Source: Oikopleura dioica
Taxonomy: Eukaryota; Animalia; Chordata
Length of the DNA stretch: 35,216 bases
Direction: 5' to 3'
NCBI GenBank assembly: GCA_907165135.1
Contig: CAJRAX010000012.1
Span: forward strand, 1 to 35,216
The position numbers were made by a program, and so were the translations under genes. Positions 23,001 through 33,871 of the stretch are shown here, one piece after another. The stretch's first letter is position 1, and the number at the start of each line of letters is the position of its first letter. The notes under the pieces were generated by a model. It was not told the DNA's origin and did no database searches. It saw only the letters and a program-made list of their open reading frames with translations.

Positions 23001-26000
23001 TATTCTGATGCGTTTTTGGCGTTTTTAGATGATGTTGAGTTCATTTACATCGGAAAAATATTCTGATGCGTTTTTGGCGTTTTTAGATGATGTTGAGTTC
23101 ATTTTCATCGAAAAATATTCTGATGCGTTTTTTGGCGTTTTTAAAATGATGTTGAGTTCATTTTCATCGAAAAAATATTCTGATGCATTTTTCAACTTTT
23201 AAGATGATGTTGAGTTCATTTTCATCAAAAAAATATTCTGATGCGTTTTTGGCGTTTTTAGATAATGTTGAGTTCATTTTCATCGGAAAAATATTCTGAT
23301 GCGTTTTTTGGCGTTTTTAGATGATGTTGAGTTCATTTTCATCGAAAAATATTCTGATGCGTTTTTTGGCGTTTTTAGATGATGTTGAGTTCATTTTAAT
23401 CGAAAAATATTCTGATGCGTTTTTTGGCGTTTTTAGATGATGTTGAGTTCATTTTCATCGAAAAAATATTCTGATGCGTTTTTGGTAATTTTAGATGATG
23501 TTGAGTTCATTTTTATTGAAAAAATATTCTGATGCGTTTTTTGGCGTTTTAAGATGATGTTGAGTTCATTTTCATCGAAAAAATATTCTGATGCGTTTTT
23601 TGGCGTTTTTTGATGATGTTGAGTTCATTTTCATCGAAAAAATATTCTGATGCGTTTTTTGGCGTTTTAAGATGATGTTGAGTTCATTTTCATCGAAAAA
23701 ATATTCTGATGCGTTTTTTGGCGTTTTTAGATAATGTTGAGTTCATTTTCATCGAAAAAATATTCTGATGCGTTTTTTGGCGTTTTAAGATGATGTTGAG
23801 TTCATTTTCATCGAAAAAATATTCTGATGCTTTTTTTGGCGTTTTTAGATGATGTTGAGTTCATTTTCATTGAAAAAATATTCTGATGCGTTTTTTGGCG
23901 TTTTTTGATGATGTTGAGTTCATTTTCATCGGAAAAATATTCTGATGCGTTTTTGGCGTTTTTAGATGATGTTGAGTTCATTTTCATCGAAAAAATATTC
24001 TGATGCGTTTTTGGCGTTTTAAGATGATGTTGAGTTCATTTTAATCGAAAAAATATTCTGATGCGTTTTTGGCGTTTTTAGATGATGTTGAGTTCATTTT
24101 CATCGAAAAAATATTCTGATGCGTTTTTGGCGTTTTTAGATGATGTTGAGTTCATTTTCATCGAATAAATATTCTGATGCGTTTTTTGGCGTTTTTTGAT
24201 GATGTTGAGTTCATTTTCATCGAAAAAATATTCTGATGCGTTTTTTGGCGTTTATAGATGATGTTGAGTTCATTTTCATCGGAAAAATATTCTGATGCGT
24301 TTTTCGGCGTTTTTAGATGATGTTGAGTTCATTTTCATCGAAAAAATATTCTGATGCGTTTTTGGCGTTTTTAGATGATGTTGAGTTCATTTTAATCGAA
24401 AAAATATTCTGATGCGTTTTTGGCGTTTTTAGATGATGTTGAGTTCATTTTCATCGAAAAAATATTCTGATGCGTTTTTTGGCGTTTTTAGATGATGTTG
24501 AGTTCATTTTCATCGAAAAAATATTCTGATGCGTTTTTGGCGTTTTTAGATGATGTTGAGTTCATTTTCATCGAAAAAATATTCTGATGCGTTTTTTGGC
24601 GTTTTTAGATGATGTTGAGTTCATTTTCATCGAAAAAATATTCTGATGCGTTTTTGGCGTTTTTAGATGATGTTGAGTTCATTTTCATCGGAAAAATATT
24701 CTGATGCGTTTTTTGGCGTTTTTAAGATGATGTTGAGTTCATTTTCATCGAAAAAATATTCTGATGCGTTTTTGGCGTTTTTAGATGATGTTGAGTTCAT
24801 TTTCATCGAAAAAATATTCTGATGCGTTTTTGGCGTTTTAAGATGATGTTGAGTTCATTTTCATCGAAAAAATATTCTGATGCGTTTTTTGGCGTTTTTA
24901 GATGATGTTGAGTTCATTTTCATCGAAAAAATATTCTGATGCGTTTTTGGCGTTTTTAGATGATGTTGAGTTCATTTTCATCGAAAAAATATTCTGATGC
25001 TTTTTTTGGCGTTTTTAGATGATGTTGAGTTCATTTTCATTGAAAAAATATTCTGATGCGTTTTTTGGCGTTTTTTGATGATGTTGAGTTCATTTTCATC
25101 GAAAAAATATTCTGATGCGTTTTTTGGCGTTTTTTGATGATGTTGAGTTCATTTTCATCGAAAAAATATTCTGATGCGTTTTTTGGCGTTTTTAGATGAT
25201 GTTGAGTTCATTTTCATTAAAAAAATATTCTGATGCGTTTTTTGGCGTTTTTAGATGATGTTGAGTTCATTTTAATCGAAAAAATATTCTGATGCGTTTT
25301 TTGGCGTTTTAAGATGATTTTGAGTTCATTTTCATCGCAAAAATATTCTGATGCGTTTTTGGCGTTTTTAGATGATGTTGAGTTCATTTTAATCGAAAAA
25401 TATTCTGATGCGTTTTTGGCGTTTTTGATGATGTTGAGTTCATTTTCATCGAAAAAATATTCTGATGCGTTTTTGGCGTTTTTAGATGATGTTGAGTTCA
25501 TTTTCATCGAAAAATATTCTGATGCGTTTTTGGCGTTTTTGATGATGTTGAGTTCATTTTCATCGAAAAAATATTCTGATGCGTTTTTTGGCGTTTTTAG
25601 ATGATGTTGAGTTCATTTTCATTAAAAAAATATTCTGATGCGTTTTTTGGCGTTTTTAGATGATGTTGAGTTCATTTTCATCGAAAAAATATTCTGATGC
25701 GTTTTTTGGCGTTTTAAGATGATTTTGAGTTCATTTTCATTGAAAAAAATATTCTGATGCGTTTTTTGGCGTTTTTAGATGATGTTGAGTTCATTTTCAT
25801 CGAAAAAATATTCTGATGCGTTTTTCGGCGTTTTTAGATGATGTTGAGTTCATTTTCATCGAAAAAATATTCTGATGCGTTTTTTGGCCTTTGAAGATGA
25901 TGTTGAGTTTATTTTCATCGGAAAAATATTCTGATGTTTTTTGGCGTTTTTAGATGATGTTGAGTTCATTTTCATCGAAAAAAGATTCTGATGCGTTTTT

Positions 26001-26699
26001 GGCGTTTTAAGATGATGTTGAGTTCATTTTCATCGAAAAAATATTCTGATAACATTTTTGGCGCTTTTAGATGATGTTGAGTTCATTTTAATCACAAAAA
26101 TATTATGATGCGTTTTTGGCGTTTTTAGATGATGTTGAGTTCATTTTCATTGCTCAAAAATATTCTGATGCGTTTTTTTGCGTTTTTAGATGATGTTGAG
26201 TTCATTTTCATCGAAAAAATATTCTGATGCGTTTTTGGCGTTTTTTTGTGATGATGTTGAGTTCATTTTCATCGGAAAAATATTCTGATGCGTTTTTTGG
26301 CGTTTTTAGATGATGTTAAGTTCATTTAAATCGGAAAAATATTCTGATGCATTTTTGGCGTTTTTAGATGATGTTGAGTTCATTTTCATCGAAAAATATT
26401 CTGATGCGTTTTTGGCGTTTTTAGATGATGTTGAGTTCATTTTCATCGAAAAATATTCTGATGCGTTTTTCGGGTTTTAAGATGATGTTGAGTTCTATTT
26501 TCATCGGAAAAATATTCTGATGCGTTTTTCGGCGTTTAAAGATGATGTTGAGTTCATTTTCATCTAAAAAATATTCTGATAAAGTTTTTGGCGATTTTAG
26601 ATGATGTTGAGTTCATTTTAATCGAATTGACAAAAAAATATTCTGATGCGTTTTCAGGCGTTTTTAGATGATGTTGAGTTCCATTTTCATCGAGAAAAG
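20044..26699 (-). repeat. ~59-bp satellite, inverted orientation (~6.6 kb)
   Basis: Reverse-complement monomers, very homogeneous until ~25900, then increasingly irregular. Confidence 0.98.
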
Positions 26700-26716
26700 C
26701 CGTAGTTGAAAAAGCT

Positions 26717-29700
26717 GCATCAGAATATTTTTCGATGAAAATGAACTCAACATCATCTTAAAACGCCAAAAACGCATTAGAATATTTTTCGATGAAAATG
26801 AACTCAACATTATCTAAAAACGCCAAAAACGCATCAGAATATTTTTCGATGAAAATGAACTCAACATCAATGAAGGAAAAGGCCAAAAACGCATCAGAAT
26901 TTATTTTTTCGATGAAAATGAACTCAACATCATTTCGCAAAAACTTCCAAAAACGCATCAGAATATTTTTTCGATGACAATGAACTCAACATCATTCGAC
27001 AAAACGCAAAAAACGCATCAGAATATTTTTTCGATGAAAATGAACTCAACATCATCTAAAAACGCCAAAAACGCATCAGAATATTTTTCCGATGAAAATG
27101 AACTCAACATCATCAAAAACGCCAAAAACGCATCAGAATATTTTTTCAATGAAAATGAACTCAACATCATCTAAAAACGCCAAAAAAGCATAAGAATATT
27201 TTTATGATGAAAATGAACTCAACATCATTTTAAAACGCCAAAAACGCATCAGAATATTTTTTCGATGACAATGAACTCAACATTATCTAAAAACGCCAAA
27301 AACGCATCAGTGTTATTTTTTCGATGAAAATGAACTCAACATCATCTTAAAAGGCCAAAAACGCATCAGAATATTTTTCGATGAAAATGAACTCAACATC
27401 ATTTTAAAAACGCCAAAAACGCATCAGAATATTTTTTCGATGAAAATGAACTCAACATCATCTGAAAAACGCCAAAAATGCATCCGAATATTTTTCCGAT
27501 AAATGAACTCAACATCATCTAAAAACGCCAAAAACGCATCAGCGCTTTTTTCGATGAAAATGAACTCAACATCATCTAAAAACGCCAAAAGCGCATCAGA
27601 ATATTTTTTGATGAAAATGAACTCAACATCATCTAAAAACGCCAAAAACGCTATCGATATTTTTTCAATGAAAATGAACTCAACATCATCTTTAAACGCC
27701 AAAAACGCATCAGAATATTTTCTCGATGAAAATGAACTCAACATCATCTAAAAACGCCAAAAACGCATCAGAATATTTTTCGATGAAAATGAACTCAACA
27801 TTATCTAAAAACGCCAAAAACGCATCAGAATATTTTTTCGATGAAAATGGGGTTCAACATCATCTTAAAACGCCAAAAACGCATCAGAATATTTTTTCGA
27901 TTAAAATGAACTCAACATCATCTTAAAACGCCAAAAACGCATCAGAATATTTTTGCGATGAAAATGAACTCAACATCATCTAAAATTGCCAAAAACGCAC
28001 TCGAATATTTATTTCGATGAAAATGAACTCAACATCATCTAAAAACGCCAAAAACGCATCAGAATTTTTTTCGATGAAAATGAACTCAACATTATCTAAA
28101 AACGCCAAAAACGCATCTTATTTTTTCGATGAAAATGAACTCGACATCATTTTAAAACGAAAAACGCATCAGAATATTTTTCGACCTAAATGAACTCAAC
28201 ATCATCTGAAAACGCCAAAAACGCATCAGAATTTTTTCGATGAAAATGAACTCAACATCATCTAAAAACGCCAAAAACGCATCAGAATATTTTTTCGATG
28301 AAAATGAACTCAACATCATCTGAAAAACGCCAAAAACGCATGGAATTTTTTTCTGCATGAAAATGAACTCAACATCATCTTAAACGCTCAAAAACGCATC
28401 AGAATCTTTTCTCGATGAAAATGAACTCAACATCATCTAAAACGCCCAAAAAGGGTGCATCAGAATATTTTTATGATGAAAATGAACTCAACATCATATC
28501 TAAAAACGCCAAAAACGCATCAGAATATTTTTTCGATGAAAATGAACTCAACATCATCTTAAAACGCCAAAAACGCATCAGAATTTTTTTCGATTAAAAT
28601 GAACTCAACATCATCTTAAAACGCCAAAAACGCATCAGAATATTTTTGCGATGAAAATGAACTCAACATCATCTAAAATGTGAAAAACGTTTCAGAATAT
28701 TTTTCGATGAAAATGAACTCAACATCATCTGAAAACGCCAAAAACGCATCAGAATATTTTTCCGATGAAAATGAACTCAACATCATCTGAAAAACGCGGG
28801 GAAAAACGCATCAGAATATTTTTTCGATGAAAATGAACTCAACATCATCTAAAAACGCAAGAAAGCATCAGAATATTTTTTCGGAAAATGAAAATGAACT
28901 CAACATCATCTTAAATTTTTCAAAAACGCATCTTCGAATTTTTCGATTAAAATGAACTCATTCATCATTTTGAAAACAAATCAACGCAAGTAAGAGCATA
29001 TTGCTTTTCGATGAGTCATGAACTCAACATCAATCTATAAAACGCCAAAAACGCATCAGAAGGTTTTTTCGATGAAAATGAACTCAACATCATCTTAAAA
29101 CGCCAAGTGCGCATCAGAATATTTTTCAAAATGAAAATAAACTCAACATTCATTCTTTTTCAAAACGCATCAGAATATTTTTCGATGAGAATGAACTCAA
29201 CATCATCTAAAAACGCCAAAAACGCATCAGAATGGTTTAATGAAAATGAACTCAACATCATCTAAAAACGCCAAAAACGCATCAAATCTTTTTTCAATGA
29301 AAATGAACTCAACGATCATCTAAAACGCCAAAAACGCATCATCAAGAATTTTTAATTAAAATGAACTCAACATCATGTAAAAACGAAAAACGATCAGAAT
29401 ATTTTTCGATGGCCATGATTAATTTCAACATAATCTTATAAACGCCAAAAACGCATCAGAATATTTTTTTAATGAAAATGAACTCAACATCATCTAGAAA
29501 ACGCCAAAAACGCATCAGAATTTTTTTCGATTAAAATGAACTCAACATCATCTTAAAACGCCGAAAACTGCATTTGAATACCTTTTTCGAATAGGAAATG
29601 AACTGTAAGACATTCATCGCTTAAAACATCTAAAACGCATACGAATATTTTCTTCATTGTTTTAATGTACTCAACATCATCTAAAACGCCAACAAACGCA

Positions 29701-30432
29701 GTCGAACTTTCTCGATGAAAATGAACTCAACATCATCAAAAACGCTCCAACAATTTCGCATCAGAATAACTCTTTTTTTTCGATGGAAATGAACTCAACA
29801 TCATCTGAGAAAACGCCAAAAACGCATCAGAATAATTTTTCGATAAAAATGAACTCAACATCATCAAAAACGCCAAAAACGCATCAGAATATTTTTCGAT
29901 AAAATGAACTCAACATCATCTAAAAACGCATCAGAATTTTTTGCGATGAAAATGAACTCAACATCATCAAAAACGCCAAAAACGCATCAAAATTTCCGTC
30001 CATTTTCGATTAAAATGAACTCAACATCATCTTAAAACGCCAAAAACGCATCAGAATATTTTTGCGATGAATGAACTCAACATCATCGAAAATTGGAAAA
30101 ACGCATCAGAATATTTTATCGATGAAAATGAACTCAACATCATCTAAAAACGCTTTAAAAAACGCATCAGAATATATTTTTCGATTAAAATGAACTCAAC
30201 ATCATCTAAAAACGCCAAAAACGCATCAGAACGCTTTTTTCGATGAAAATGAACTCAACATTATCTAAAAACGCCAAAAACGCATCAGAAAATTTTTTCG
30301 ATGTCCTTGAACTCAACATCATCTTAAAAGGCCAAAATCGTCATCAGAATATTTTTTCGATGAAAATGAACTCAACATCATTTAAAAACGCCAAAAAATG
30401 CATCCGAATATTTTTCCGATGTAAATGAACTC
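26717..30432 (+). repeat. ~59-bp satellite, + orientation, error-rich or diverged
   Basis: Same monomer with many non-recurrent indels and scrambled patches. Confidence 0.95.
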
Positions 30433-31513
30433 TGATGCCAATTAGCTGCAAATTAGTTCTCTAAGCTAGAATCCTGCGAAGAATGAGGCTAAAATTCGAA
30501 ACGTGGCTGTATTATTTTGGGTTTGAAGAGAGTGATTTTTAAATTTTCAAAATTTCAATTTCGCATTTCGCGCAGGTGCTATTACTTCCAAGTAAGGCGC
30601 AGCGCATTTCGCGCCGATGTTTTTCTTTCCAAATTAGGCGCAGCGCTTTCGCGCATTTGTTTTCTTCGCTGATTTCAATTTCGCTCCAACAGCCACGTTC
30701 GCTTCAAATTTTATCGCAAGAATCGAATTTAATCAATAAGTTCAATTTCCAACTATGTTGCCATATCCCTTATCAATAAAAATTCTATTCGTTCATATTT
30801 TTACCAAAGCCAGTTCCATGTTCGTTGTCAGTCCATTGCGTTGTCGTTGTCGTTGAAGAAGAAGTCGCCGCCATTGTTGAAGCTGCAGTTTTGTCGGTTT
30901 TAAGGAGAATTTTCAGTTAATCCTAAAGCGAGGAAAAAAGGTGATCAATCAATTTTGCCTACCAGGAGCACTTACAGACAGCGCCATCCCGAGGAGCACG
31001 GGGTCAACACTGTTCAAGCCGCTTAAAGCGGAACTCACTTAGAGGATGAATTTATCATGCAACAGCTTCGTTGTAGTTGAAGAAGAATACCAATTGATTC
31101 GTCCAATATGTCGAAAAGATTTTTGTTGTCGTTTGTAAGAGTCAGCTTGATTCATCAATTAATAATTTGAAGAGCTCGAATATTGAAAAACTAAAGTGTG
31201 AGCACATGTCTTTCAATAAAATCAGAGCCAAGAATACTGGATAGAATTTGATTCTCCCCAGCAGACAACTGAAAACCGTCGAAACGGGTGGCTAATATTG
31301 ACCTTTTGAGTCGAAATAACGCGTACGTTATGAAGGAAAAATAGAATTTTATGAACTCATGCAATATCCGAGATTTGGATCGTAAAAATCATCAGAACAA
31401 TTTAACCGTGAATTTCATGATTTCAACCTAATTGGCTGAAAAAATTTGTGAGAAGTAAATTTGAAAATTTTTATTTTTTTCTCTTGGTTCTTTCCCGTCA
31501 CTTCTTAGTATCA
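30433..31513 (-). mobile_element. Second copy of the solo LTR at 425-1442 (same insertion site)
   Basis: Same TSD AACTC and the same flanking variant monomers (TGCATCCGAATATTTTTCCGATGTAAATGAACTC). First ~470 bp nearly identical, remainder noisy. Confidence 0.92.
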
Positions 31514-32467
31514 AACTCAACATCATCTAAAAACGCCTTGCATCAGATTATTTTTTCGATGAAAATGAACTCAACTTTCATCTAAAAACGCCAAAAACGC
31601 ATGGGCAATTTTTTCGATGAAAATGAACTCAACATCATCTAACGACGCCAAAAACGCATCAGAATATCTTTTCAATGAAAATGAACTCAATTTCATGGCC
31701 TTCGCCAAAAACGCATCAGAATTTTCTTGATGATCTGATGAACTCAACATCATCTAAAAACGCCAAAAATTGCATCAGTCGTTTTCTTTCGATTAAAATG
31801 AACTCAAGTTTTCATCTGCTTCGCGAAAAACGCATCAGAATATTTTTTCGATGAAAATGAACTTAGCATCATTTTGAAACGCCGAAAAACGCATGGAGAA
31901 TGTTTTTCCGATGAAAATGAACTCAACATCATCTCAAAAGGCTTCGAAAAACGCATCAGAATATCCTTTTTCGATGAAAATGAACTCAACATCATCTTAA
32001 AAACGAGAAAAAATTCATCAGAATATTTTTTCGATGAAAATGAACTCAACATCATCTAAAAACGCCAAAAACGCTTCAGATTTTTTTTTCGATGAAAATG
32101 AACTCAACATCATCTAAAAACGCTGAAAAACGCATCAGAATATTTTTTCGATTAAAATGAACTCAACATCATCTAAAAACGCCAAAAACGCATCAGAATA
32201 TTCCTTTTTCGATGAAAATGAACTCAACATCATCAAAAAACGCCTGAAAAACGCATCAGAATACTTTTTTAAATGAAAATGAACTCAACATTATCTAAAA
32301 ACGCCAAAAACGCATCAGAATATTTTTTCGATGAAAATGAACGTCAATTTTCATCTTGAAAAAGGCCATAAAACGCATCAGAATATATTTTCGATGAAAA
32401 TGAACTCAACATCATTTTAAAAACGCCAAAAAACGCATCAGTTGTATTCTTTCGATGAAAATGAACT
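31514..32467 (+). repeat. ~59-bp satellite, + orientation; noisy copy of 1443-2382
   Basis: Same succession of variant monomers (ATATCTTTTCAATG, TTCTTGATG, TTTAAATG..CATTATCT, GGCCATAAAACGCATCAGAATATATTTTC). Confidence 0.93.
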
Positions 32468-33744
32468 TGATACCTTTTCTGAGTCTCTTTTACTGCTGAT
32501 TGCAATTAACTATCAATTTTTAATCAAATTTTCTGCAAGAAAATACAAGAAAATATATTTTGCGGCGTTCAGAGGGAGATTTATTGTGAGACTGATTCAA
32601 AATAAAATTTGGCGGTGAGCGAAAATTTTAGCAGGTGCGCGAAAATGCATAACAAAGGCGAAAACAAAGACATAAACAAATGAAATTTCCTTTTTTGGAA
32701 ATAAGGCGCTTCAAGTTCATCCGGTGTATTTTTGAATCCATTTCGGATTTTGTATCTTCTTGCGGTTCGAGCCGGGTTCCCGAGCCGGAAGGGTTGAGTT
32801 TTCCAAAGTGAAGCGTTTTCTGAGTTTTTTCCGCCCAAAGAAGCCATTTTTTGTAAAAGAAGTAATTAGAATAAAGAATGTGAACATTTTAAAATAAAAT
32901 AATTTATAATCAAAATTGGTCAGTTATTTTAATCATAAATTAAGCGCAAAAGGTGATAACATAAATTAACAAGCATAAATAAAATTACAGTAAGAATTAA
33001 ATCACATAAAAATTACAGGTTAATAAAATCATATTAAAATTACAGTTAAAATAAAAATAACTTCGGCTCACCTTTCGGCAGTTACTGACGCAGTTCCCTT
33101 TGCCTTGGTAATTCGCGTCAAGCCTTATCGTTAATAAGGAACCGAAAAGGTCTCCCGTATCTGCTCAATCGCCCAAGGAGTGCTTTGTGAAGTTGATGAG
33201 TATGAAAGGAATGAAGAAGGAAAGATGACGGGAAGGTAGGACCCGTTTTCGTCGTCCGCGTCGATAGAGCATAGTCGTTGTTGATTTCAAATTAAACAGA
33301 ACAGAGTGAGAGCAAATCTATAGAATTAATGAAACAGGAGCAATCAGCGAATTTTTAACAATTATGCCAAAGTGAGGCAACATGCGAATTTGAAAATAAT
33401 TTTCATGCCATAATTTGCAAGCGGTTAGGGTTTTACATTGCTACAGTAGGAAGCTTTGCGTTAGAAAAAATGATTCTGAAATAATAAATGAACAGTAAGT
33501 ATGAAAGCACGCTTTATTTTTCCCCTAACCAAAGATTTTAAAGGATCTAAAGAAGATTTGATGAGAGCATTGTTGAGCGGAATAATCGACGCTATCTTTT
33601 TGAGTGAATTGACAAATTCAGATTTCGAATAAAATGAATTTTGGCCGTGAATCAGAACTACGACGGGTTGGAACTATTTTTCTTCCATTATTTTTTCCCG
33701 ATAAAGCACGTAGTTGAAGAGCAGCTGTTTCCCTAGTGGTATTA
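32468..33744 (-). repeat. Element 3 putative 3' LTR (~1277 bp)
   Basis: Left TGATACC and right GGTATTA form a 7-bp inverted repeat with one mismatch. The right boundary is inferred from a 20-nt flank motif shared with element 1; the partner LTR is not visible. Confidence 0.65.
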
Positions 33745-33871
33745 CTGTGACCACTCATGGGTATTTTCATTTTTTTTTTTTTTTAAAAGCGGGGAGGTGA
33801 ATCATTTTGCGATAAATTTCGGACGTTTTAGAGATCTAACGCAAAAGATATTTCATTTTTATTCGAAATCT

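Noticed and set aside
26100-27300. Fold-back (mirror) chimera at the 26700 junction
   Set aside because: The order of variant monomers on the two sides is not a mirror image; another type of misjoin remains possible.
32581-32847. 88-aa ORF in the element 3 LTR (and the 65-aa ORF 6583-6780 in element 1)
   Set aside because: No protein similarity between the two; only short DNA motifs (GCAGGTGC, AAATAAGGC) are shared.
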